DNA from: Macrostomum lignano
Taxonomy: Eukaryota
Direction: 5' to 3'
Assembly: GCA_002269645.1 (NCBI GenBank)
Contig: NIVC01001449.1
Coordinates: 62,001-126,000 of the forward strand
Length of the DNA stretch: 64,000 nt
The notes beneath the pieces are model-generated. The model was not told the origin of the DNA, searched no databases, and saw nothing but the letters and a program-made list of their open reading frames with translations. A program made the position numbers and the translations under genes. Within the stretch, counting starts at the first letter, position 1. Every line of letters begins with the position of its first letter. Shown piece after piece: positions 1 to 13,100 of this stretch.

Positions 1-2469
1 TGGAGCCTTGCAGCCTAAATAAGGCGTTATGCCGTCAGTGTAAGGGCCTTTTCAAATTACCAATTCCAGAACCAGAATCGGTTCGGAATTCCAAGAAAAA
101 CAGCAGTATAACTATTAAACTCTGTGCCTTAACAACCTAACTTAGCACAATTTTTCACTTTCTTCTTGGCGATTGTCATTCAATAATAAAAACTTTATAG
201 CACGTATCTCCCTCTAGTTATGGAGACAAAAAGTTATACTTCACAAATTGGTTCTGGTTCTGGAACCAGAACAAGCAATATGAAAAGGCCCAATCATTTC
301 CTTTGCGTCCATTATATTATTTAAAACTGATTCGATGCAGCTATCACCACATTTAGCTGAACTTGCTCTCGTGAATATTTTAATGATTGTTTTAAAAATT
401 GATTTGCAGGATCTGAGGACGACCATGCAAAACGAATGATAGCTAATTTATACATATTGTTTAATGTATTGTAGTAGTAGGACGTACATGTAAAACTCAA
501 AGATCGTGTATTTTAGGAGGCCAATTTCCAGGAAACATACACTGGGAGATAGATAAGAAAAATCCTTTTTGAACCACAAAATCCATGATTTAATTTGATC
601 TTAGGGTGGTGATATCGATCCGGTAAAAATCAACATGGCCATCATTACTTAAATTTAACATATGTTACGTACTAAAGTGTAAAATTTACCGATATGGTTG
701 TGAAGTGAAAGTTTTTATTTTTATAGTGTTTACTTTTTTATTTTATAAACCTAAGCCCAAAGTTGTACGTACATGCAGTAGATCATGTACATGTACGATC
801 TCCAGTGAGATTTTGCTTCGTTCCTTCTTATCCAAGGGCCTACTAACTTACACGATTTCCATTGTTTAGTTGTACATACAACTTAGTTGCGCGTAGAGAA
901 GTGCTGCTATTTTCTTGCATAAGCTGCATTTGCATTCGTAGCTAAATTATACACTTTTAATTCGAGCTGTTGCTTAATTTATGGGGTTTGCTACCGCGCA
1001 TCCGCTTTCCTGCCAATGCTGCTCCTGTATCGATCAATTCTACGTTTAACAAACTACTAATAGCCCGTATGAATAAAAAGAGTAATTTCTCAGTTTAATA
1101 CAGGCCCGAGTAAATGCTTGAGTTGGAGCAGTTGCTCGTTTTATTTATATGGCCTAATAAATATGAGCCCAAAACGGCCACCCTCAAAAAGACATATGAC
1201 GTAAGCTGTCATGCTTTTGTGTAGTTACATGATTACAGCAATACGCTGTACATTAAATCGCGTATACTCGTATATTTTCTTTTTGAAATAAAAAAATAAA
1301 GCTGCGTCATCCTGCGCAAATAGCCAACGTAAAATCAAGTTCTAGTACAGGATCGCTAGCTTCTGTCCCGACACACGCCGTGAGTCAAGTCGACAACAGG
1401 GCAGTAGCCGGAACAGCAGCCAACGTGGTGGGTGCACGCTTTACCATTGACAAGGCACGTCCGGCTGCTGCACGAGTTCACTGTCCAGACTGTGCATGGA
1501 GTTAAAAACAGTTGTTAATCGGATTTTACACTTGGTTTCGATACATGTATCCAGCTGGACCGCATACATGTAAGCAGCTAGATTATTAGTACAGCTGATC
1601 GCAAATGATCGCAGACCACACACTCTCTATAGCTTTCGGATCTTTGAATCTAAGGCGACAGTACAACCGCAGCAAAAGAAACAAGCACGTCCGCAGTTGT
1701 GCTCATTCATTTACCCAGCACACCTGACAGAACCCTGAATCTGTATCATCAGTATCTACTCTGTGTATATGAATTGCGGACAACAAGATACAAACCAAGT
1801 TTTCGCACAGTTGGTTTAATAATGGAGTACACATTTTTCACAGAACTCTACATTTTTCGGGTATATTATGAACATGCTTTTAGCAACAGGAACTTTTTAA
1901 CTAACAAATTAATGTTTTAGTTGAAGAAACTCGTTTTAAGGGGACAAAGACATGCAGGACAGGGCCCCTATGTCACATTTCACATGCTTTTCCAAGATTA
2001 AACCAACATTTTGATATTGGCATAAAGAATAACTGATCGCTACTTTGCTTGTAATGAACACTGATGCAGATCACTATACGCGCTACTTACCAGTAAGAAG
2101 TAGACTGAGTAGTACCAGCTGCAGTAGGAAGGTGCAAAGCTTCAGCGGCATAATATCGATTTATTTAGTTTATTCACAGCGGGTCGTCGATGTAACTTTC
2201 AGATGCAGACGCTATTAAGCTATTCTTCCTTTTTAGAGTGAGACGAGGATTTCCCATTTTATCCCACTTTGCCTGTAGCTACGCCTTGTCTCTGTCGCTA
2301 TAGTGCCTTGCTAGCGGAGATTCTCACTAAATAAACTACGATTGCTTATTTAATCAATAAAAAATTGTGCTATTCTAAGCCGGGAATGTGTTGTCTATGG
2401 TAATTTTTGGTGAGATTATTTGACAAAAACTAGGATATTATCACAGAACTTACGGATATTAAATCATTA

Positions 2470-3237
2470 CACACCATTTTACCCTCGATTTTGAACAAGG
2501 AGAACTTCGAAACCGACAAACTCCTCTCCAATATTGACACTCTATGGTCGGGCACTCAAAATCTACAATCAATATTGACAGATCAAGCTTCAATTTTGAC
2601 TAACTCTGGTTCAATTTTGACAATACACGTTTAGTCAACTTCTCCTGGGAGAATTCGGTAACAAAGTAATCAAATGAAAGCCTGAACGGGGCGAAAGTTA
2701 TCTGTGCAAAATCAGCTGATTCTGATCTGACTTTGCTTTTGGGATCTACAAGTATTGATAAAAAAATTTTCTCCATCCTTTTACACACAGAGACTAAAAT
2801 AGCCTGACTGTTCAATATTGATTAGGAGTTGTCAAAAATGGATGGGACTTTTCGGGTACACAAACTATAGAGTGTCAGTTTTGAAGCAACTCTGTCAAAA
2901 TAGAATCGGACTTTGCGGCCCAACCAGTCAGGCTATTTTAGTCTCTGTGTGTAAAAGGATGGAGAAAATTTCAAAGTCAGATCAGAATCAGCTGATTTTG
3001 CACAGATAACTTTCGCCCCGTTCAGGCTTTCATTTGATTACTTTGTTACCGAATTCTCCCAGGAGAAGTTGACTAAACGTGTATTGTCAAAATTGAACCA
3101 GAGTTAGTCAAAATTGAAGCTTGATCTGTCAATATTGATTGTAGATTTTGAGTGCCCGACCATAGAGTGTCAATATTGGAGAGGAGTTTGTCGGTTTCGA
3201 AGTTCTCCTTGTTCAAAATCGAGGGTAAAATGGTGTA
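2470..3237. mobile_element. Foldback/MITE-like palindromic element
   Basis: Arms ~2471-2810 and ~2925-3236 are near-perfect reverse complements (one ~30-bp indel), ~115-bp spacer, TA on both outer flanks. Confidence 0.75.
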
Positions 3238-3284
3238 TAATCTCCTCGAAATCAGGAGCATTACACCTTTTTGTGTTCTATTTC

Positions 3285-3570
3285 GATGAACTGCATTCAA
3301 TTTCGGCAAACTGGCTTTCATTTTCGGTATCAGCTACGGCCGCACATCCAAACTGCATTCGAATTCGACAAACCGAGAACCAATTTCGGCAAACTGCATT
3401 CAATTTCGGCTACTCAAGTTTCTAATTAGACAAACTGATATTTAAATTCGGCAAACTGCGTTCAATTTCGGCATCGTATATTCAATTTCGGCAGCCAACG
3501 CCTCGTGCCACAGACTGTCTATGGAAATAAGCCCAAAACTGATTTTCAATTTCGGCAAACTGCACTCAAT
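3285..3570. repeat. Degenerate ~20-bp minisatellite (caatttcggcaaactgcatt-like)
   Basis: About 10 imperfect copies of aatttcggc/aaactgc. Confidence 0.7.
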
Positions 3571-3819
3571 TTCGACAGCACGAATCTATAAAAGAGAAAA
3601 AATAAAGACAGAAAAGAGGACTTATGAATTAGGACTTAGAGTTTGCACAAGTACTGCATTTGGAGTACAGTTAAAATGTAATCGTCAGCACTCATCAGCA
3701 AGCAATTGCGCGCGAAGGAACAAAGCGCATAGCCAGAAACAATTGCACAATGCACAGTATGTACATAGTATTTCGTGCACAAGTGATACGCATCGAATTA
3801 CACCTTAACTTACTCCAAA

Positions 3820-4791
3820 TGCAGTACTTGTTTCGCTAAGATTCCTTGCTTATGAGCTTGGTGTCAGCTATGGAAGTGCTCATAACATCATGCATGAGCA
3901 ACTGGGCTGCACAAAGACCTGCGCTCGGTGGGTACCCCATCTTCTCACTCCAGAGCAGCAAGCATCTCCAGAGGTGCTCCAGAGGTGCGAATCTGCCGCT
4001 TGTGGCTGCAAATTTTTGAGCCCCACGGCCCACGACGACTGTCGGATGTCATCACAGGAGACGAATGTTGGATTTCCTTCTTTACCATGAAGGATAAGCA
4101 GTCCAACATGGTCTGGCTGGCAGAAGATGAGCCAAGGCCTGAGGTGCTGAAGACTGGATTCCGCAGTCGGAAGCGGATGTTCACCATTTTTTCAACTCTC
4201 AGGGTGTTGCATCGGTGAACATCCTTCCAGCGGGTGCCACAGTGACTGCCAGGTACTACACAGACGCTGTTCTGCCAGGCGTGCTGCAGGAGCGGCAAGA
4301 ACGTGCGCGAACCAGGCATGGACCTCGACTTCTGCTGCACCATGACAATGTGGCACCGCACAGATCGGCCTCAACCATGGCGTACCCAAGGACAACTGAA
4401 GTTACGTTAAATACTACTACTTCCTACTTCAGTTACTACTTCAGTTGTCCTTGGGCGTACCTGGAGCAGCAAGGGGTCCAGCTGCTGCCCCATCCACCCT
4501 ACTCTCCAGACCTAGCACCCTGTGACTTTTGGCTGTTCCCGAGGATCAAATCCGTAATTTCTGGGGGGCCGTTTTTACGCATACAAGACCTTGCCCAAGC
4601 AGTAAATTCAGCTCTATAGGGTATACCAACTTTGGAGTACCATGACTGCTTTCAGACATGGTGCACACGCATGCGACGGTGCATACATGGTGGTGGAAAG
4701 TACTTTGAGGGAATGTGACACTGATTAGACGCCTCGGCTGCTATAACACTGAGTTGTGAGGTCACTTGCAGAACTTTTTGATCACCCCTCG
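3820..4791 (+). mobile_element. 5'-truncated mariner (DD34D) transposon with transposase pseudogene
   Basis: ARWVPHLLT, ITGDECW, HHDNVAPH, HPPYSPDLAPCDFWLF motifs; D-34-D once the 75-bp insert is removed; right TIR ...tttttgatcacccctcg then TA (4792-4793); frameshifts and a stop. Confidence 0.92.
4385..4455. mobile_element. 71-bp micro-MITE inserted in the mariner ORF
   Basis: 18-bp perfect TIR cccaaggacaactgaagt; direct repeat CGTA (or GCGTAC) on both sides; removal restores MAYLEQ. Confidence 0.8.
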
Positions 4792-5104
4792 TAAGTCATC
4801 ACGAGCTGGCGCAGGAATTACAGGAAAAGAAGCTAGGGAGGGGTGCACGAAAATTGGTGGAGGGCCCAAGAAGTGCCTAAATCATGAACTTAGTGAGAAT
4901 CGATCGATATATTCTATATCGTAAATATTCTGCCAAAGATTAGTAGCTAGTTAGTAGGTCATAGCTTTACTCGTAAGATTGAAAATTAAAGTGATTAACT
5001 TACGCGCTCCAGATATAGTAAAAGTCTAAGAAAGCTGGTTTTATGTTTTTAATTTTCCATTTTGCCGAATTTAAATGTGCCGATTAAAATAAATTATAAC
5101 TATC

Positions 5105-5435
5105 AAAATGAAGCCCAACATTTCAGCCTCTCCGGTGTCGAGAATGCGGAGCATTTCATCCGCGAATGCCCCGGCCTTTACTCAGGACAGACTCACCTTC
5201 ACTCAGTACCTCGGCCCAAACCCGGACCTCTCCGACGTTTTTAGGCCTGAGACCCTCTGTCAGCTTGTCCGATACCCAAGGGCTACCGGGCGAGCGACCA
5301 TCCACCTCCTGGACCGCGCTGCGGACACCGGCCTCACCGGATCTCCCTGCGCGACACCGCAGCACCAGCCAGCGAAATGGGCGGCAACGCCTCCTTGCTG
5401 CATCCGCATCCCTGCAACTAAGTCAAGTACATGTA
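5105..5435 (+). mobile_element. 3' fragment of a non-LTR retrotransposon (C-terminal CCHC region)
   Basis: Frameshifted E..EHFIRECP.AF..DR....LG...L..Y.RATGR, like the C-terminus of I/R1/LOA-type ORF2. Confidence 0.45.
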
Positions 5436-6721
5436 AGTCAAGAAGCCTAACATTTCAACGAATATCAAAAATAAAAGACAGAAAATTACTTAACAGTCAA
5501 AAGACCTTGAAACCACTAAAAAACCATATTGTATCTTAAAAATTGCCTGCTTCCATCCCCACAGGGAAAACCGCTAGTGGCCCCAATTTGCAAATTGGAC
5601 GGAAAACTTTCCGATCAAATATAATTTCTAGCTACTAGCTACAGTTGACGTCACGATCTTATGTTTAGGCAGACAATAGTACGTCTTTTTACGCAAGCTT
5701 TCGACTGTTAAATAATGATGGGTTTAATCTTGGATAGCTGTATTTTGTTGAACTTCAATATTTCAACAGTATTGTAAAACAATTACGAGTATATAGAGCA
5801 GAAAAATATAATCAGAGATACGAAATTACTTAAATCACAGTTTTTTTAAAAAATATAACAACCATGTAGGCATTAAAACGTCAGAGTTAAAATTAAAAAT
5901 GTTGGAAATAAAAAAACTGGTGTTATAGCTATTTCAAAATGATGTTTGGGCAAGGCTAGAGATATGAATGTACGCTCGTATACTTAGCAACATCTAAAAG
6001 TCGGCATCACAGAAGATTCCGTCTGTAGTCGCGACTTTTGAGAGTGCAGGTAAAGTCTCTCAATCTTGCGAGTGATGCAACTCAGCTACGCCGAGGCAGA
6101 CTTGAGTTGAGGAATGAAGTAGGCGGGGAGCGGTGTGCGAGGGTTGGACGGATTAAAGCTACTCCAATCAGTTTTCTCGTATCTTTTATTTCAGAATAGT
6201 CCAAGAGAAATTGCTCACTGGCGCATAGAGTGGCGACTTTTCAATGTTGCTGAGTGTATGTGCATTAATAAAACAAAAATAGAAAAATTCGCTGCACGGT
6301 AAAGCTGCACGGATTAAACAATTGAAAATCTATAAAAATACCTAAGTATACTTTCAGGATCAGTAAATCTCAATTTGACACAAAACAAAACGCAGTGTTT
6401 CAGTTAAATCGTTGAGAGAAAATCTATTTTAACAAGTCTCCCGGCTGAATAAAAAGAAAATGTTACGGAAAAGTTAGGAAAAATCTAGGCAAAACAATCC
6501 ATCTCGTGATAAAAAAGTAAGTTGCTGTGGCAATAGTAATAGAAGCCTAAAATTACCTTTTTAAATTTAAACTACGTTTTAGTTTAAAAAACCGCTAAAT
6601 TTTATTGCTGGCACGAACTACTCCATAACTAGTGACAGCAGGGTAGAAACATTTCATAAGCTTTTGGGACTCAACTTCTTTATTATACGAGCGTAGCTAC
6701 ATTTTGCGTACCTAATTTTCT

Positions 6722-6727
6722 TTTATT
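6722..6727 (-). terminator. Candidate polyadenylation signal of the PKD1-like gene
   Basis: First AATAAA (minus strand) about 270 nt after the stop codon; no transcript evidence. Confidence 0.3.
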
Positions 6728-6996
6728 AGTTTTAAACAACAATTATCTTGAGTAAATCCATATGTAAGCTCGTATGTGAAAGTGATGCTTTACAAATTAA
6801 TCGCGTAAAAAGTTCATTCAAGCTCGATCACATGCTGATATGCAGAAATGGGTGAGATGATTTCCCATTCGAAAAAAATCCTTAGTAATCACTGCTATAC
6901 TATATAAGCCTATCAATTAAGTGTCTAAAATAGACTTTTCAGTTGAAAAATTACCGAATTAAAAAGAGTCATTAGCCTAAAGGGCTTCAAAAGTTA

Positions 6997-7199
6997 TTAT
7001 TTCTGCTTCGAGTCGAACTCTTCTCCTTCGCCGGAGGTGACATCTTCTGGCGCAGACTTTTGCACTAAGCGGTACATTATCGACTCGAAGGTGTCAATGG
7101 AATCTACGTGAGTCCGGTTGCGAATGCTGGTTAGTTTCAGCTCCACATCGTTGAGGCTTGTGAGCCAGTCTGAAGTGTCAGCGTTGGATTTGCGAATTA
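6997..7199 (-). CDS. PKD1-like last exon, cytoplasmic C-tail
   Basis: Acceptor ...aaacag| at 7200, phase 1; encodes VIRKSNADTSDWLTSLNDVELKL...EEFDSKQK, stop TAA 6999-6997. Confidence 0.7.
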
Positions 7200-10100
7200 C
7201 TGTTTCAGTTTACCTATTAATAATTTAATAAGGCTTTAAGGTGGCGGGGAGTGTTGGCAGGGGAGACAGTGGCGAGGCAGTGATATTCCAGCACCAAAAT
7301 TTCCCACCCGAGCGCAGGAGCCGCCCAAAAATGGATGTGGATCATGGTAAAAGCAACGTCCTGCTTACCTTCTTCCGGGCTTTCAATGTACACTGGATCG
7401 GGGCGGCCACGAGCAATTTTCTTTAAGCTATTCAGTATGTAATCGATTATCTTGAAGTTCTCCTCTTCTGGCGCATCCTCCATTTCCTGACGAACCTCTT
7501 CGTAGCTGTCATTGAGAATAGCCACAAACATGTTGAGCACAATGTACATGATAAAGCTGATGTAGGCCAGGAATATTAGTTTAGCTTTCAGGCCGTTTCG
7601 ACTGATCACAGCCACATCGAATTTTCCAAGCATGACTGAGAACTGGGTGGACATGGCCTGCAGTACTGAGTAGTACTGCGCCTCGTGCCTTCCCAGGTAC
7701 AGATAGTGCAGCAGGGTGAAGGCTATGAATGCAATGCTGAACACCCAGAAGAAGGACTTCAGCTGATCTAGCGAACGCGTCAAAGTGCCCAATAAGTGAC
7801 TCAGATTTCGGCTAAAACGAATCATGCTCAAAAATGACAACTGAACAAGGAATGTTGCGATACCCAGAAGGTAACAAAATGTCTCGTTCAGATACATGAC
7901 GTAGCGAAGATTTGTGCTCAAGCCGCTCTTCGAGTTCTGCATAGCCTCCAGGGCGGTGACAGTCGCCATGGAGCGCATGACGTAAAAGGCGGCGGCGCAG
8001 ATGAGGCACACAAACGCGGTCAGGTTGAATATGTTCCAAACGCTTTTGAAGTAGGCGCAACGCTCACGGGACAAGTCATAGTAGGCCTTTACTAGGAGGC
8101 ATAGGGTCAGCAGTCCAGTCAGGATTTCTGATATCAGCGCGAAAAGTCCCATTACACCGACGTATCTGAAATGGATCGAATTAAGTTGTCTTGTTAGCTC
8201 CTACTACATTTTTTTATGTTGAAGATGTTTAAGTTAAAGATACAATACAACTACTATTCCTTAAATAAATTCTAATTTGAAAGTATGATGCGCAAAATGA
8301 CTTTCTTATTTACTATTCATTTCAAGAATAAGAGTATCAGCCCAACCCTTACCTGTACAACCGAGTAGTGTAAACCTGGGTTGCAGTCACCGCCCCACCA
8401 AACGGATAAAATTCAGTAGCAAACAAAACTGAACTGAACAGGTTGACATTGGGATAGAACAGATCCACCTCGACGAACACGGCTCTGGTGTAGTTGTCAA
8501 GCCAGTTAGCCTCCTTGAGCTGATGCAGCAAGCTCTGAGCCGCAGCTGCATCATTAGGCAGTACAACAGTGTAGCCTCCACCAGCATAGATGCCCTGCTG
8601 TCCCCAGTAAGGCAGGCTGTTCGTCACCCGGGCTTCCAGACCGGAGAAGGCGAGATCAAATGCCGAGATCCCGTCGCTGAAGTTGCAAGATCGCTGAGCC
8701 CTCCAGCCAGGTTCGAAGCAGCTACGCTGGTCCCGTCCGAAACTGTACGCTGCTGATCCGCCAAGGTTGTCTCTGCTCACTGGCGCTATGCGTAGCTGCC
8801 TAAGCGTGGCGTGACCCAAGCGAAAGCCTGTAAAGTCCGCTATATACTTGCGCTCCCATGCGCTCATGCTTAAACCGTTGAGTCGATCCAGTGGGTAAAG
8901 CCCAGGTAGAAGAGTTTTCTCTGCGTACACAAAGTAGTCGCCTCGAGTCTGTACGTTTGCTAGCCCTGTTGCCGATACGTCCGGGTCACTCTGATCGAAT
9001 AGATGAGCCTTTATGCTGGCGTGCAGGCCGTAGGTGAAGGGCTCAAGATTGCCATAGCAGATGCAATAGAGCAGTGCCAGCAGGAGACAGCTACCGATTA
9101 TTTCTACTGCTGTTTTCTTTGCCTTGCGTCTCAGCTCGCTGCTCTTCTCAATCTCCTCTACTTCGTGCAGATATCGAAAGCCCTCTGCGATAATCAATTT
9201 TTATGTTGAGTTAAAATAAATTGTTGATCACAGCTAAGGATGTCTTTTTAATGGACAATAGTAGAAAAGGTATGTTTAAATTATGAATTAAAAAAATTAA
9301 AGTGCAGAAGCTCACCCGCATGCGTTGCAGGATCTCTGAATCGAACTCGAACAAAGTCCATGTCTTTAGCGTCGTAATCTTTTCTTAGCAACACAGAGAC
9401 GAATAATCCAATGGCCAAAACCTTTAATTAGGTTTGCATTCATGACAAGATTTATCCGTGCAATAATCAATGTGGGAGACGTCAGCAAGCGTCTTCGACG
9501 TCTTGTGGCGTCGATAGAAAATACATTACGCTGTTTTTTATTGTCTCTTTATTAAATATCGGACTCACATGCCTGTATCAATCTACAAAGCAATTTTATC
9601 GAAATAGAGGGGAAGGCCATCTGCTTTTTGACAGCTGTCTGTTCTTTTTTCTGATGTGGCAGTGGGGAGGCTAAAACAAATAATGTGCGTAATCGGTAAA
9701 ACCCTTCTATATGTTTGCATCCGTCAGCGTATTGTAAAATTACCGATTCACGATGGGCGTCGATCTATTTTGGGTGCGTCTGTAGCGTCTACGGACGTCA
9801 TAATTTTTCACCGGTTAATTACGAGTACATGTACTTTGGCCTGTAGCTACTGTTAAAATTTATTACAGTAAATACACTATGAAACTTAAGCTTGTTTATA
9901 AGAATTTTAAAATTGACATACCTTCAGTGGCTGAATCAACAGTAGAGACTCGAACAAGGATAAGAAGAAAGTTAGGAGCCACTCCTCGGACTTTGCCTTT
10001 CCCCAGTCCATGGCGTAGAATACGATAAAAATACCAGAACCGACCATGCTGCCTAGTACTAAAGCCCAGCCAATGTACTGGAACCAGTGCGGTAGGCGGA

Positions 10101-13100
10101 ATTTCTTTGTCGTTGTCTGCATGTCTGCAGGCAGACAAAGCGGTGTGCTGACCGAGTCAAGCGTGGCATACAGTTCGTCGCTGTGAAGCATTTCATTGTC
10201 CGCACAGTTCGACTGGCTGCATAAAGCAGAGCCACCAATGGCTTCGATGCGACCGTCGTCATTGACAATTGCGCCATGAGAAGCTCTACGCGCTAACCAT
10301 GCTGCATCAATACGAACGCCCTCGCCAAAAGTCGGCAAAAACTCGGTACTGTCAGACTTTTTAACCAAATATGCTTTCGCTGCTGTTTTGCGTAGTTCAT
10401 CTGACTTTGAACGCTTTTCCGACTTTAAGAAAAAGATAGTAATCGCAGAGGTTACAGGCACCACGCACAGAGCGCCGAGGATAGATGTTAACAGTGCATT
10501 GACCGATATGCTCAATGGGCCAATATGCACCTTGGCACTGGCACTCGGACCGCTTTCGCCAACACCGTACCACATCGCGTTGGCAATCATAGTCATAAAT
10601 AGGATGCTGAAGCATACTCCGAGGCGCTGCAGTCGGCTAAAGTTTGTGTCCGTTTTTCGTGAAATTAACGACATCCATAGGTGGTCGTCGGTCATCTTTC
10701 TGCTTAGATTGCTACGCACTAGACCGTGGCAAAATGCTATATCGTCTTTTGATGTCAAGCCAACGGTCACAGGATCTTCCTCCGAGCTGACGGTGACTTT
10801 CTCGTTGTGAATGAAAAAGTACCTGGTTGAAAAAAGGTCGGTTTACAGTAAAAAAAATCCATGAATTACAAACCCTAAGTAGTTTCTGCACTTTAATTCA
10901 GAATTAGTCCACAGTAAAGCACTCACTTAGAGCTGTACATGGTATCGGTGACGATGATGCGGTTCAGCAACCAATCGCGCTTGTTTTCGGAGCCTTCCGA
11001 GTCATGCCAGACCAGCAGGCGCTTCAGATCGCCCAGATGACAATCACAAGTCATCTCAAAATGATTTATTGCTCCGTCAGTAAAGTTCTAAAAATACAGT
11101 TGGGGCCAATTTACTTAATTTAGTGAATATGAAAGACAGAATTAGGATACAACAGGCAAATCGATGAAGTGGATTCTTACCTTTCTGATTCCATCGTCAA
11201 GCATTCTGCAGCGCACCTGACCGCTCGTACCAATTAAGCTGAATGATATCCTCGACTCTGTGCCACTTCCCTTCTGAGTTCCAGTGTATACATCAAGCAG
11301 ATAGCGATATGGTTTTTGTTCGTCGTCCATCAGTGGTAGGTATTCAAACTGTAACCAAATTTAAAGATGCTTTATTAACTGATAAAATTTGGTTAAAACT
11401 AACCTGAAAACTGATAAAAGATTTTAATTAATTAAAATCTTGCGTGACGTAGGGTGCCTGACAGGTAAGTTAATACGGATTGCATTATTCAATTGAAAAT
11501 GAAGGAATTAAAAAACAACGTACCACTTCAGTGTCTTTCCGGTCAAACCTTCGAAGAATGATGGCCAACGGAATAAACAGGCACCAGAGAACGGCCACGC
11601 TGCTCACAACGAGGGCCGCTTCAGCCAGTTTGCCTTGCCAGTTGTCGAATAGCTTGCCGAAGTCAATGAGATTCGGTGTGAGGTTGATGCCGACGCCGAT
11701 GCTGCCAAACAAGTCGCTGCGGAACACTGGCTTGCTAGGAGGTCCCAAACCGAGAGGCTGGCAGTTTTCTTCTGATAGCGGCACCCACAAGTCGAGCGCT
11801 TCATCCCATCGCTGACAGGCGTGTTTCGATATGCTAAAGTTGTACTGCAAGTTCGGGTCGGGGCAATTAGCTGCGTCGCTCATCTGGCATGCGCGACGTC
11901 GTACGCCAATATAGTGCATGGCTGATACGTTTAGCGTTCCTCGAGGAAGGTAGAACATCGTCTGGTACTCCCATTTCTCCTCCTGACTAAGAGATGTGGG
12001 ATCTACGCTGTGAATGCTGCTTAGGTTGGCCATTGTTAGTGGCACGACAACGGACATTATAAAGTTTTCGGGACCCGGTAGAACAATCGACTGAAGGTAG
12101 ACATCCATCGTGTGATTCGGATTTATTGGTGTCACAATTACCTGAATAACATCGTCGCTGTTTTCGATTTTGAAACTGTGATAGACCATGTACCACTTTT
12201 GCTCGGGCGTCCTGTTGACGAATTCAACTTCAGGCATTGTGGTGGGCAGGGCCAATTCGTACGGCTCCACAAAATCTGCCGGGGATAAGGATCGGCGTTT
12301 CTTCTCAGTGTGGGAGCTGTGGCGTTTCCGCCAGTGTTGATATTCTTTGGGCAATTATCGTGCGTCACGATCAGCGTATTCGACATGATCTTCTTTGCCG
12401 ATTTTTGCCACAGATATGGATTGTTAACCGAAAAAATGGCCCTCACACTGCAACCGGAGTATCCGCTGATTGGGATATTTAGATTACCATGTTTTGAAGT
12501 CAACTTTGGATTGCTACCTCTGCTGCCATTTCCAAAATTTCTTCCCAGTGCGGACAAGATGGTGTCGTTGAAGTCATACTCCCCGGACACAGAATCTTTT
12601 AGCACATAAAATGTCACATCGTCTATAGTCTGAAGAACTGTATCGATCACCTTTCTGGCTCTTGAATTCACTGGCTGAACGGCCGAATCATCTCCGGTCG
12701 TATTGATCGGCGGAGAGGTAGTTGCTTCAATTGCATCGGATGTGCAGTTTTCGGTAGTTTCATTCGACTGTGGGTTGCAAAGCGTCGACAAGCGAAGACT
12801 TTCTGTCTTGACAGTGGCGTCTGAGGCTTGCCAGATGTTGGAACCAATCTTGACGAAGTCTAAATTGTGAATGAAATAAAAAATGTATTAGATTCACTGT
12901 AGTTTTACCAATCAAAAACTTTTACAGCACATTACCTTCGCCCATTTGGTAGCTAGCGTTTGGATTCATGTTTAATCGAAGATTTTTATAGACGTCAGTC
13001 ATACTGGAGAACTTTTCAACGACAACCTCCTAAAAGAAGAATATACAAAGAATTAACAAACGAATTAATCTAATTTTAAATGACCAGTACTAACGTACCT

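Noticed and set aside
44-291. Harbinger-like MITE (gggccttttca ... tgaaaaggccc)
   Set aside because: Short imperfect inverted ends; flanks TAA/AAT do not form a TSD.
10388-10810. Plus-strand ORFs overlapping PKD exons (also in 14966-17711)
   Set aside because: Antisense shadows of the coding strand with no independent motifs.
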